Virus record (IMG/VR): IMGVR_UViG_3300046660_000219
Location: 62,001-126,000 of that record
DNA length: 64,000 nucleotides
Reading direction: 5' to 3' (one strand)
Below are positions 1-9,433 of the stretch, in pieces. The notes beneath the pieces are model-generated. The model was not told where the DNA came from, ran no database searches, and saw nothing but the letters and a program-made list of their open reading frames with translations. Made by a program: the position numbers and the translations under genes. Every line of letters starts with the position of its first letter. The stretch's first letter is position 1.

Positions 1-2
1 CC

Positions 3-689
3 AGCCCGGTGACTGACAAGTCGCTCAGTGGTTCCATCGCTAATGGCCTTGGTGCTAGCTTCACGCCTACTCTTATTCTGGGTGTTCCTGTAAACCCATT
101 GGCGCGCTCTGTTGCGATCATTGGCGACAGTATTCCCACGGGTACGGGCGACACGGCTGACGCCAGTACTGGCGCTATCGGTTATATCGAACGCGGCCTG
201 ACCATGGCTGTACCTGCGTCTAAGTTTACTCGCGGTTCCGATCGCTTGAGTTATTGGGCGGTGCGTCGCTATTGCCGCATGTCTTTGATCACGAAGTATT
301 TTACGGACGTGATCATCGAACTCGGTGTTAACGACTACCAATTGACGTTGTCTACCGCTTCGCAAATGCAGACCAACTTTATGGCTCTGCGTGATGAATT
401 GCTTAGCGCCGGTATACGTGTTTGGGCGTGTACCGTTACGCCCGTTACCACGGGTACGGCTGGAGCCCAAACGCCAAGCACTTATGTGGCTGTACAGCAA
501 GCCTATAACACTTGGTTACGCGCTGGTGTGGCTGGTGTAAGCGGGCTTATCGATGCTGCGCTTATAGCTGAAGGCGGTCTCAATACGGGTGTATGGGTGC
601 AAGCTTATTTCGGTGATGGTACTCACCCTAATCAAGCTGGTTCTATTGCTATGTCGGCTGCACTTAACCCGGCTATGTTTGGATACTAA
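3..689 (+). CDS. SGNH/GDSL hydrolase domain protein, 5' truncated by window edge
   Basis: Blocks IIGDSI, ELGVND and DGTHPN; frame is open to position 3. Confidence 0.85.
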   Translation, partial: SPVTDKSLSGSIANGLGASFTPTLILGVPVNPLARSVAIIGDSIPTGTGDTADASTGAIGYIERGLTMAVPASKFTRGSDRLSYWAVRRYCRMSLITKYFTDVIIELGVNDYQLTLSTASQMQTNFMALRDELLSAGIRVWACTVTPVTTGTAGAQTPSTYVAVQQAYNTWLRAGVAGVSGLIDAALIAEGGLNTGVWVQAYFGDGTHPNQAGSIAMSAALNPAMFGY

Positions 690-706
690 ACGCTAACTTT
701 GGATTT

Positions 707-740
707 AAGCCCGTCAGGCCTCGTGCTTGGCGGGCTTTTT
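707..740 (+). terminator. Rho-independent terminator
   Basis: aagcccgtcaggc-ctcgt-gcttggcgggctt followed by ttt. Confidence 0.85.
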
Positions 741-795
741 AGTGCCTATACCGTAAGCTATAACGCAATTATGCCGAAAAGCTAACCGTATAAGT

Positions 796-806
796 CTAAT
801 TCAATA
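796..806 (+). promoter_or_regulatory. Candidate late-promoter motif variant (ctaattcaata)
   Basis: Resembles recurring CTAATTTA motif; lies between a terminator and the head gene block. Confidence 0.4.
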
Positions 807-862
807 TAGCAAAGAACGCTAGCGGTATAGCTAGCCCGGTTAAACTCGCAAGGAGGCGGCTA

Positions 863-2746
863 ATGCCTAAGCCGAATAGCCTGCGTGGGAACGTGAACGC
901 GGCCAATGGTCCCGCAGGCGCGCCGATGATCATTGGCGTCGCTTCGGGGGCTCGACCGCGAACCATTTCCACCGCCACCTATCAAGACGCAGTGGAAAAT
1001 CCTACTATTTCCCTGCGCACCAACCATTTCGGTATCGGCCAAGAGGTCGCTTCTCCGGTGGATGGTACGCCACTAACCCGCGTCGAAGAGCCGCAAGACG
1101 TCTCGGCCGCCGACCTTTTCGCCACTACGGCGAAAGTCGGTAGCTGTGAATTCTGCGCTACCGATCTTTACGCTGACAAACAAGTCGCGTCGCTGATCGA
1201 CGGCCATCAAGGCCACTGTGTGATGTGCGGTCACGGCGTCGCGTTCAAGGCGGAAACCAATCCGGTTACTGCTGAAACCCCTGCCGCCAATGTTGAAGCT
1301 ATCGAAACGGTACCCGGTGTTGCTCTCGCGAGCGATAACACTAACCGTTTCGCTTTCGACGACATGACCTTCGTTAACGAAGAGGGCGGCGAACCTAACC
1401 AAGAGGAAGCTGCCATGACGGATCGCGATAAGGACCGCGACGCTATCGTTTCGGCTCTTCGGCCGACTGTGATCGCATCCGATGCGAAGACCATGGACGG
1501 CGAGCCGGAAGGCGACGAAGACGAAGACGACACCGAAGAAGAGGACGAAGAACCGGAAGGCGAATCGTCTGAAGGTGGCGAAGAGAACACCGATGACGCT
1601 GCTGGCGATGCTTTCGCTGACGACGTTGAGAACGATGAAGAATCGGAAGGTGACGACGAAGGCGAAGACGACGATGACGAGGAAGAAAACGACGAGGAAG
1701 CTAATGCTAACCTCGACGCTCCTCCGGTTGTTGAACCTGTAGAACCTAGCGTTGACACGCCGCCTGCTGAAGTGGCTACCACGGAAGAGGCTCCGGCTCC
1801 TGTCGTGCCTACGGAAGTCATTGCGCAGCCTCCCGAGGCTGTTGCGGAACCTGTTACCGTTGTTGCTAACACGGAAGAACAGACGCCACCGGTTGAAGAG
1901 GCTCCTACGCCTACGCCGGATGCTACTGTTACGGCTGCTGACGTCGCCATCGATGATTATCAAGCCGTTGACATCAATACCGTTGATCTGACGAGCGCGG
2001 TTATTGTTCCCGCTAGCGAAACCGCTGCTTACGTCATGATCGGCGCGGCTCCGGCGCTGTATTTGGACAAGGTGCAAGCCTCTGTTCAGGTTCAAAATCT
2101 CTGGCACAAGACCGACAGTCTGCGTCATGCCCTTACGGCTGCTATGCAGACCAGTACCGATCGTCAAGCGACCCTAGCGTCGTTCGGCGGTGAAGTTGTT
2201 ACCATTTCGACGTCGATGCGTGACTACGCCAAGCAAAAGCTGGACGGTTTTACCGCCAAGGCTGAAGCTGAAGTCGCCTCGATGTCGCAAGACTACGCTA
2301 CCCGCTTTGATCGCGCTATCGCGGTTGCGGCTATGGGTACCGTGAAGCGGTCGTTTGGTGGTGGCGTTGATCCGCTTACTACCAATTTGGTCGCTGTTCT
2401 AGAGAACAACGGCGTTCGTCAGCCGCAAGCCCTGGTGCTTGCTGCCATGCGTGACGCTATGCCCGCTCTCCTTAAGGTTATTACCGACAAGGCTAGCGAG
2501 CTGGTTCTCGCCTCCGACGATGTTCTGTCCAACACCGCAGAAATGGTTGGAAACGCGGCGTTCCCCGTCGAGCTTCCTGAACCTGCTCCTATCGTCGAGC
2601 AACCGACTACCGTTACTCCGGAAGTGGCTAAGCCGCTCGCGGTGAAACCTAACCCGGTTGCTGTCATCGAAACGGCCCGCGTGCGTGAAGTGGCTTCGCC
2701 CGAACGCGTTAAAATGCTGGTCTCCTCTCTCGGTACCCGGCGCTAG
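863..2746 (+). CDS. Putative prohead scaffold/core protein
   Basis: Strong SD aaggagg; CEFC/CVMC pair, long Asp/Glu tract and Pro/Ala/Glu linker; upstream of capsid genes. Confidence 0.55.
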   Translation: MPKPNSLRGNVNAANGPAGAPMIIGVASGARPRTISTATYQDAVENPTISLRTNHFGIGQEVASPVDGTPLTRVEEPQDVSAADLFATTAKVGSCEFCATDLYADKQVASLIDGHQGHCVMCGHGVAFKAETNPVTAETPAANVEAIETVPGVALASDNTNRFAFDDMTFVNEEGGEPNQEEAAMTDRDKDRDAIVSALRPTVIASDAKTMDGEPEGDEDEDDTEEEDEEPEGESSEGGEENTDDAAGDAFADDVENDEESEGDDEGEDDDDEEENDEEANANLDAPPVVEPVEPSVDTPPAEVATTEEAPAPVVPTEVIAQPPEAVAEPVTVVANTEEQTPPVEEAPTPTPDATVTAADVAIDDYQAVDINTVDLTSAVIVPASETAAYVMIGAAPALYLDKVQASVQVQNLWHKTDSLRHALTAAMQTSTDRQATLASFGGEVVTISTSMRDYAKQKLDGFTAKAEAEVASMSQDYATRFDRAIAVAAMGTVKRSFGGGVDPLTTNLVAVLENNGVRQPQALVLAAMRDAMPALLKVITDKASELVLASDDVLSNTAEMVGNAAFPVELPEPAPIVEQPTTVTPEVAKPLAVKPNPVAVIETARVREVASPERVKMLVSSLGTRR

Positions 2747-2749
2747 GAC

Positions 2750-2771
2750 ACGGTAGGAAATAACCTACCGT
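2750..2771 (+). other. Intergenic hairpin
   Basis: acggtagg-aaataa-cctaccgt. Confidence 0.6.
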
Positions 2772-2809
2772 TCCGCCCGTAACCCAACCTCTCGAAGGAA
2801 AACAGTACC

Positions 2810-3535
2810 ATGATCGACTTCGCGAATTCGAAGATCGTCCGTCGTGCGATGGAAAATGTCGCGCTCGCCACCACTGGTCTTGAAGAGGGCGTCGCTCTCC
2901 TGGGTCTGATGGAAGACGGCGAATATGTCGTCAAGCTGTCGGACGGCACTACTAATCTGTCGTTCGCTGGCTTCGCCCAATCGGAACGTCAAACGCCTAC
3001 CCTTCTGCCGGTTTGCCGTCAATACAAGGCGCTTAACCTGACCGGCGGCGGCGTTGGTTTCGTCCTGCCGCGTGCGAACGTCGGCGGCGTCGTGGTTCGC
3101 TACACCGATGGTAATGGTACCAAGCTGACGCTTGGCTCCAGCACCCCGTCGGCTGGCGAATACTACATCAGCGGCACTACTGTTACGGTTAACGTTGCTG
3201 ATCTAAACAAGCTCATCCAAATGACTTGGATGTTCTCGCCGACTCAGGCTGACATCCTGGCTGGCGTTGGTGGTGACAACACCCCGACGACTGTCGGTAC
3301 CCTTGTTGGTCAATATCGCACCACCAACGTGATCAAGGAAGCCGATGACCTGCGCATCAGCAACTTCGATCCGGCCATCGATTGGGACGCCTGGGTTCCG
3401 GCTACCGGTCTGAAGGTTGCTGCTAACGGTATCGTCACCACTGCGGCTGGTACCGGTGTCGCTATCACTGGCGCTCGCGTTGTCCACGCTCCGGACACCG
3501 ACAGCGAATACCTGGGCATTGCGTTCCGCGTCTAA
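2810..3535 (+). CDS. Virion head protein (decoration/minor capsid-like)
   Basis: Strongly biased codons like the MCP, Gly/Thr-rich, immediately upstream of MCP. Confidence 0.55.
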   Translation: MIDFANSKIVRRAMENVALATTGLEEGVALLGLMEDGEYVVKLSDGTTNLSFAGFAQSERQTPTLLPVCRQYKALNLTGGGVGFVLPRANVGGVVVRYTDGNGTKLTLGSSTPSAGEYYISGTTVTVNVADLNKLIQMTWMFSPTQADILAGVGGDNTPTTVGTLVGQYRTTNVIKEADDLRISNFDPAIDWDAWVPATGLKVAANGIVTTAAGTGVAITGARVVHAPDTDSEYLGIAFRV

Positions 3536-3538
3536 GCC

Positions 3539-3623
3539 CACGGCCACATCGACGGGAATGGTAGTAACAGCCTAGGCTAACATATCATTCCCGTCGCTCT
3601 CCGGTTTCTCCACTATGGCCGTG
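3539..3623 (+). promoter_or_regulatory. Nested stem-loop in MCP 5' leader
   Basis: cacggcca 3539-3546 pairs tggccgtg 3616-3623; gacgggaatg 3551-3560 pairs cattcccgtc 3586-3595. Confidence 0.65.
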
Positions 3624-3651
3624 TGGCCGTACGCAAAGAAAGTGTATCGAA

Positions 3652-4731
3652 ATGATCCCCCAACTCCTGAATCCCAAGGCGAAGCACATCGCTGTCGCTA
3701 GCGTCGGTGGTTCGCGTCTGTTCAACGAACAAGGCGAACTGAACGCTACCACTAAGAAGGATGCGCTGATCCGCATTCTGGCCACGCTGGAACAACTCGG
3801 CGAAGGCAATATCACTACCGACGCGCAAGAAGAGTCGGCTACCCTTACGCCTGCTGAAAAGCGTGAAATCCTGACTGCTGCCTACCACGACGCCAGTGGT
3901 GAAGCGTGGCGCGAAATCGGCGCGCAAATCGCCGGCCGCCTGACGGAAACCAACAACCGTGAAGGCTTCGCCCGTCGTTTCATGATCAAGGGCGATCTGC
4001 AACAAGGCAACCGTCCGCGTTTCGAAGTTGACGTGAAAAACGTTACGGCCGTTAAGGCTGTCGGTACTGCGCAAGTGCACCCGATCTTCGTCCGTGACAA
4101 GTACATCGAAGTCGACGAAATCCAATTCGTCGCCAACCCGTACATCACGGAAAACGACCTGAACCAAGGTTCGGCTGACCAACTGGACAAGGCTTACCTT
4201 AACGCGCTGGAGCAAATCCAGCGCCAAGAGGATATCCTTTTCCGTTATCAACTGCTGGCCGCCGCCGGTGCGTTGAACGCTAACCCGCAACTATATATGA
4301 CGGGCGCGTTCTCTTCGGCCTATCTGACCGAAATGCACGAAACGCTAGGCTCGTGGGGTCTGACCGCCGCGTCGCTGCTGATGACGACCGACATCATCGG
4401 CGACATCATCGGCCAATCGGGCTTCACCGATTGGTTCGATCCGGTGTCCAAGTACGAGATGATCCAAACCGGCAAGATCGCTACCGTTCTTGGTATGGAT
4501 CTCGTCTCGGATGGCTATCGTCACAAGAAGATGCGCGTGCTTACGCGCGGTGAAGTCTTCGCGCTGGCGTCGCCGGAACAACTGGGCGGCTATACCGATC
4601 GTGGTCCGGTGCAATCGGCCCCGACCGGCCCGCAGCACACCCAAACCATCGGTAAGGGTTGGATCATGCACGAGTCGTACTCGTCGGTCCTGGCCAACGC
4701 CGCCGCCGTGGTTTCGGCTCGCAAGATCTAA
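3652..4731 (+). CDS. Major capsid protein
   Basis: 359 aa, strongest codon bias in window, position between head genes and neck/sheath, flanked by structured UTRs. Confidence 0.8.
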   Translation: MIPQLLNPKAKHIAVASVGGSRLFNEQGELNATTKKDALIRILATLEQLGEGNITTDAQEESATLTPAEKREILTAAYHDASGEAWREIGAQIAGRLTETNNREGFARRFMIKGDLQQGNRPRFEVDVKNVTAVKAVGTAQVHPIFVRDKYIEVDEIQFVANPYITENDLNQGSADQLDKAYLNALEQIQRQEDILFRYQLLAAAGALNANPQLYMTGAFSSAYLTEMHETLGSWGLTAASLLMTTDIIGDIIGQSGFTDWFDPVSKYEMIQTGKIATVLGMDLVSDGYRHKKMRVLTRGEVFALASPEQLGGYTDRGPVQSAPTGPQHTQTIGKGWIMHESYSSVLANAAAVVSARKI

Positions 4732-4738
4732 CTGCAAC

Positions 4739-4893
4739 GGAGACGGTGGGGAGTTTACTTTTTCACCGTCTCCAACAGCTAGAACATACAGTTTTCTCGC
4801 TACGTATTAGAGACACTTCGGCCCGGTAACGGGGTCTCACTACGAATGCGAAACCGCTTACTACGTGTGTCCTTCTCGGACTTGGTCACACGT
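4739..4893 (+). ncRNA. Candidate structured RNA downstream of MCP
   Basis: Stems ggagacggtg/caccgtctcc, gagac/gtctc enclosing UUCG and GUAA tetraloops, acgtgtg/cacacgt. Confidence 0.45.
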
Positions 4894-4902
4894 TAGCCAA
4901 TG

Positions 4903-4940
4903 AAAGGGTGGGTGATTCGTCTCACCCACCCTTTTTTGTT
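4903..4940 (+). terminator. Rho-independent terminator
   Basis: aaagggtgggtga-ttcgtc-tcacccacccttt followed by T-run. Confidence 0.9.
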
Positions 4941-4956
4941 GTCTAGGAACTCCCGC

Positions 4957-5646
4957 ATGGTTAGTTCGGCTAACATCGATAGTCTGCGCGAAATCTCCAC
5001 TATCGAAGCCGCTCTTGGCTACGGCGCTAACGCGCTTGGGCGTATTCCGCGCTATCGTCGTAATCGTCCGCCAGTAGTGTCGCTGCTACGTCCTACTGAT
5101 ACGTACACAATGGAAGCTGAGCTGCGTAAAATCAATAACGGCAACATTCCTGATACCTTTATTCTATCCACGTATGGCGGTATGTTGCCACCCCCAGCCG
5201 CACGCTCTAATACGCATGCCGCACGACAAGGTCGCCCTGTTGGTTTTGGCGATAAAGGACAGAACTTCAAGGCCCGTGAAACTGACGTACAAATCACACT
5301 GAATAGTACGCTGTTCTCCAACAATCTTGCGACCATCTACAACTACAACGTCATGGTGTTAGAGTACAATGTCGTTGTCGGTGTGATGAACTTGGACGCC
5401 ATGGCTATTCCGGTATCTGTTACTATTTCTGAACAGATGCAAACTATCTTACCGATCCCGGGCATAGCTAGTTCAGTCTTTCTCGATCAACTATTTAGCC
5501 TGTCGTTCACCGCAACGATCGATACGCGAGCTGTAACACTGGAGCGCACGCCGCTGCTGCGCACCGTGGAGTTCGCGACGCAACTCAACGACGTGATCGA
5601 TATCAGCGTCAAAACAATAACCAATGACACCGAGTGGGGGCTATAA
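4957..5646 (+). CDS. Putative head-completion/neck protein
   Basis: ATG 4957 after SD aggaa (ORF-track start 4900 runs through the terminator); synteny between MCP and sheath. Confidence 0.5.
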   Translation: MVSSANIDSLREISTIEAALGYGANALGRIPRYRRNRPPVVSLLRPTDTYTMEAELRKINNGNIPDTFILSTYGGMLPPPAARSNTHAARQGRPVGFGDKGQNFKARETDVQITLNSTLFSNNLATIYNYNVMVLEYNVVVGVMNLDAMAIPVSVTISEQMQTILPIPGIASSVFLDQLFSLSFTATIDTRAVTLERTPLLRTVEFATQLNDVIDISVKTITNDTEWGL

Positions 5647-6116
5647 TGGTAGCACGTGTAACTAGCACCCTTGGTTTTGACGTCCGTTTGTACTCTGCGT
5701 CCTCGTCCATACGTCGCTCTGTTGTCGAAACCCGCGTCGGCTACAACGTCGCGAACGGCTACAATAAATGCGAAAACGTACTGTCGACAGACTCGCAGTT
5801 GATCACGGTCGATGTGTCCAAGCTACTGTATATCCAAGCAAAACAGCCGTTCACTATCACGGTGACGCGCGGTCCTAAGTTGCAGGAATATGTGTACCTG
5901 ACACGTCCTGACGGTACCTTTTTGACGCGCCTGGACGGAACGTATTTCATACGGCTAATCGAGCCTATCGTTACTGATGTGGAAGTGACCTCGTACACTG
6001 AGACGCATTCGTCGTTGTGCTTGATCACGCCATCCGCCGGCGAAGGGGAGACTATAACGGTAGTAGTTTCCCGCGCCTCCAATGTTGATACCCCTATCGT
6101 CGTGGTGTCAGCCTAA
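5646..6116 (+). CDS. Virion structural protein with inserted LTRPDG module
   Basis: TAATG overlap with upstream stop; beta-rich; contains LTRPDGTFLTRLDGTYFIR. Confidence 0.6.
   Translation: MVARVTSTLGFDVRLYSASSSIRRSVVETRVGYNVANGYNKCENVLSTDSQLITVDVSKLLYIQAKQPFTITVTRGPKLQEYVYLTRPDGTFLTRLDGTYFIRLIEPIVTDVEVTSYTETHSSLCLITPSAGEGETITVVVSRASNVDTPIVVVSA
5898..5954 (+). repeat. LTRPDG double peptide motif, copy A
   Basis: LTRPDGTFLTRLDGTYFIR. Confidence 0.9.
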
Positions 6117-6145
6117 CCCGAGCTTTGCTCCTACTGGAGATGTCA

Positions 6146-6481
6146 ATGTCTTCGAACTGCAAGGTTACCAATAAGCTCGCCACCGCGTTGATCCTTAACA
6201 ACGCCGAAGGTGACACCATCCAACTTCCGCCGAGCCGCGACGCGCATAATGTCCCGCGCTCCTACATCCACTTCCAAGCGCCTAGTATCGCTGTCGCTGA
6301 TATCGAAGGTTACGATTACAGCATTGGACGGTTCGCCGATGATGCTAAAGCGGAACCCGTAGTGGTTGAAGCGCAAGACGAAGTTCTGGAACCGGCCGCT
6401 CCGCCTGCCACGACGCAACCTGTGTCTAATGGTAACAGTGGTGGTCAGCGCCCGAACTCCAACAATCCCCGTAACCCGTAA
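6146..6481 (+). CDS. Hypothetical structural-block protein
   Basis: SD ggaga; biased codons; directly upstream of sheath. Confidence 0.6.
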   Translation: MSSNCKVTNKLATALILNNAEGDTIQLPPSRDAHNVPRSYIHFQAPSIAVADIEGYDYSIGRFADDAKAEPVVVEAQDEVLEPAAPPATTQPVSNGNSGGQRPNSNNPRNP

Positions 6482-6496
6482 GGAAAGTAAGCGACC

Positions 6497-8731
6497 ATGG
6501 CCGATAACCTTGGCGTTACGGTTGAGCGCGACGACGAGAGCGGTTTCATCACTGCTGACGGTGCTACCGTTACGGTGGTGGGCTTCTACTCGACGCGCGG
6601 TTCGACCAAGCCCTACTACACTTCCGACCCTGGCGCGTGGACCGCTGAATACGGCAACCCCGACGCTTCTATTTCTTACGCCGGTTACAGTGTGCGCAAG
6701 CCGCTAGAGCAAGGCGACGGTGTCTGGAATCTGCGCATTACGGATAGCGCTACCTATGGCGGTGCGTTCGTTACCGCTGGTACGACGTCCGTGTCTAAGC
6801 TCCCGTTCCTGGCGGCTGGTTGGCCGTACTCGATTGACGATGTTGATACGGCTATCAATCCGACCCGTCCGCTGCTTATCCAGCTCAAGTTCTCAGCGGC
6901 CCTGATTACGGCCAACTCGTTCACGTGTACCCTTGTTGGTGAGAGCGCTCAGGTGTCTACGACGCCGGTAGTATTCGCCACTGACAGCGATACGACGATG
7001 GGCGCTATCGTTGCTGCCATTCAATCGAGCATGGACGCGACGTTCGGTGCTGGCGGTACGGTTTCGGCCGGCGAAACGACGCTTATTCGTACCATTAACG
7101 TGATCCCTCCGGCCGGTAAGACGATCTCGATCACGGGTGCGGCTGTCACGCTTGGTGCTTCGCAAGCTACCGTTACTCAAGGTAGCCCGTTACTGATCTT
7201 CCAACATGCCAACCCTGGTTCGACTTCGGACGAACTCGGCTACTTTTTGTCCAACCCGGACTTGGGGCAGCGCGAAGTCGTTACCTTGACGTTCCCGTCC
7301 GCGCTTAGCACGGGACACGGTACTCTTGTTACCGTTAATGGTGCGGCTACGTCGTCGATCGTCTACGCGACGTCCAGCGATGCTACTATGCAGGCCATCG
7401 CTGACGCTGTCGCAGCGCTAGCCACGGTCAAATCGGCTACGGTTACCAAGGTAGCGTCTGGTGCAAGCAACGACCGCACCATTACCATTATCTTGAAGAC
7501 GGCTACAGCTACGGCTGCTACTGTTAGCACGACGCAAGCTGGTGGCGCTCCGGTTCCGGTGATCAAGTCCACCAAGCCCGGCGTTGATCCGGATGGTAGC
7601 TTTACGCTGGCGATTTTCGACCGCCGTAACCCGGCTGTCACGGTCGATAGCTGGCGCGTCAATCTCACCGAACGCTTGGACGGTGACGGCGTGCAACAGC
7701 ACATCGAAGAAGTGATCAATAAGGGTGATGCTAAATCGCGCCTGTTGCGGGTGATTTCGCTGGCTCCAAAGGATGGTTCGGTTCGTATTCCGTTCGATCC
7801 GGACACTGGCGTGATCATGACGCAGATTGCGTACCTTTCTGCCGGCAATAACGGTGTCATCCCTTCGGCCGCCAAAATGGCTGACGCTATGTTGGTCTTC
7901 CAAGATCCTTACCGTTATCCGGCTGATCTGATGATCAGTGCTGGTTACACGTCCATTGCCTATCAGCAAGCGTTGAAGAACATCGCTAAGCTGCGTGGTG
8001 ACGGTACGTTCGCCATCCTGGACATTCCGAGCACGCAACAGTCGTTCGACAACCTGATTAACTACCGTTTGTCCACGCTAGCTATCGACGATTCGTCGGC
8101 TGGCGCGTACTACCCCGACGTGGAAATGCAAGATCCGGTTACGCAGCGCAAGCTGTTTGTGCCGCCGTCTGGCCATATCGCGGCGGTGTTTGGTGTTAAC
8201 GACCGCGTGCGTGGCTTCGGTAAGGCTCCGGCCGGTCGTAAGGTTGGTGTGGTCGATACCACGGCGCTGCGTTATGAATATACGCAGGCGCAAGTAACGC
8301 TTCTGGCGGAGAACTACCAGCTTAATGGTATTCTCAAGAAGGGCGTTTCGTGGTGTGTGTGGGGTGATTTCACCCTACAAGTCATGAAGTCTGCGTTACA
8401 GTTTACGGGCATCAGCCGTCTGGTTGGTAAGCTTGAATTCGCCATCGCCGACATGCTTGACTTCGACACGTTCGATCCGTTCAATGACGCGCAAGCGTTC
8501 TCGATGCGTGAGAAGATCAACCGCTTCCTGGCGCCGTACATCAAATCGGAAGACCTTCGCGGTTACACGGTCAATACTGGATCTACCGCCGGCAATACGG
8601 CGGCTCTGGAGGACCAAGGCGCACGCATCGTGGAAATGAAACTCAATCCGACGCGATCGACCCGCAAGATCAAACTGCGATCGATCATTACGGCGGCTGG
8701 GGTTGAAACTACCGTTACGGAAGTCGCCTAG
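6497..8731 (+). CDS. Tail sheath protein
   Basis: 744 aa; C-terminal sheath-like motifs (YYPDV, VPPSGHIAAVF, WGDFTL, ISRL); precedes tube genes. Confidence 0.9.
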   Translation: MADNLGVTVERDDESGFITADGATVTVVGFYSTRGSTKPYYTSDPGAWTAEYGNPDASISYAGYSVRKPLEQGDGVWNLRITDSATYGGAFVTAGTTSVSKLPFLAAGWPYSIDDVDTAINPTRPLLIQLKFSAALITANSFTCTLVGESAQVSTTPVVFATDSDTTMGAIVAAIQSSMDATFGAGGTVSAGETTLIRTINVIPPAGKTISITGAAVTLGASQATVTQGSPLLIFQHANPGSTSDELGYFLSNPDLGQREVVTLTFPSALSTGHGTLVTVNGAATSSIVYATSSDATMQAIADAVAALATVKSATVTKVASGASNDRTITIILKTATATAATVSTTQAGGAPVPVIKSTKPGVDPDGSFTLAIFDRRNPAVTVDSWRVNLTERLDGDGVQQHIEEVINKGDAKSRLLRVISLAPKDGSVRIPFDPDTGVIMTQIAYLSAGNNGVIPSAAKMADAMLVFQDPYRYPADLMISAGYTSIAYQQALKNIAKLRGDGTFAILDIPSTQQSFDNLINYRLSTLAIDDSSAGAYYPDVEMQDPVTQRKLFVPPSGHIAAVFGVNDRVRGFGKAPAGRKVGVVDTTALRYEYTQAQVTLLAENYQLNGILKKGVSWCVWGDFTLQVMKSALQFTGISRLVGKLEFAIADMLDFDTFDPFNDAQAFSMREKINRFLAPYIKSEDLRGYTVNTGSTAGNTAALEDQGARIVEMKLNPTRSTRKIKLRSIITAAGVETTVTEVA

Positions 8732-8740
8732 CACCCTTGA

Positions 8741-8775
8741 GGAGCTGTTACCATTTAGGTGGTAACAGCTCCTTT
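8741..8775 (+). terminator. Rho-independent terminator
   Basis: ggagctgttacca-tttagg-tggtaacagctcc followed by ttt. Confidence 0.8.
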
Positions 8776-8805
8776 CTCCAACCTAGTTAGAAGGAGATCG
8801 TCACC

Positions 8806-9348
8806 ATGGGTGTTAAAGCCACCTTTGACGACGTCGATGCACGCCCTGGAGTTATTCAGGCCAACGCATATCGCTACATGTTCGATCGCATTCCCGGTTC
8901 TCCGGAAATCGACATCAACGCCGTGTCCCTAGACTGTCTGGCCTCGACGTGGCCGGGTCGTTCGGTCGGTAAGATCGATCTGAATTTCGCTGGCGGCCAT
9001 ACTATTTCCTACCCTGGAGATCAGGCCTTCACGCGTACTGCTGCTGCCCGGTTCATCGAGCGCAGCGGATTCGAAACCTTTACGTGGCTGCACAAGTGGC
9101 ATGAGCAGATCAAGGGTACGAAGTCCGGCAATGCCGCGACCTACCGTAAACTTGGTCTGGTCGCTGTTAGTCAGCTCGAAATGTATGACGAGACGGGCGC
9201 GGTTGCTAACTCGTGCCGACTGATCAACACGTGGCCGTCCGAGCTGAGCGAAATCAGCCCTGATTCCGACACGCGCGACTCGGCGGTCATCTGGCAAGTT
9301 ACCTTTAGCTTCGACATCGTCGAATACGATAAGTCGCCTGCCCGATAA
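8806..9348 (+). CDS. Tail tube protein (T4 gp19-like)
   Basis: 180 aa after sheath; NTWPSELSEI and WQVTFSFD pattern typical of tube fold. Confidence 0.8.
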   Translation: MGVKATFDDVDARPGVIQANAYRYMFDRIPGSPEIDINAVSLDCLASTWPGRSVGKIDLNFAGGHTISYPGDQAFTRTAAARFIERSGFETFTWLHKWHEQIKGTKSGNAATYRKLGLVAVSQLEMYDETGAVANSCRLINTWPSELSEISPDSDTRDSAVIWQVTFSFDIVEYDKSPAR

Positions 9349-9371
9349 AGGTAATTTATATATCGGAAATG

Positions 9372-9404
9372 AAAGCCATGCGGCCAGTGGTCGTGTGGCT
9401 TTTT
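9372..9404 (+). terminator. Probable terminator after tube gene
   Basis: aaagccatgcggcc-agt-ggtcgtgtggcttt followed by tt (14 bp with G-U pairs). Confidence 0.65.
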
Positions 9405-9433
9405 CCGTATTTCGGCGCGTTCTGGAGACACCT

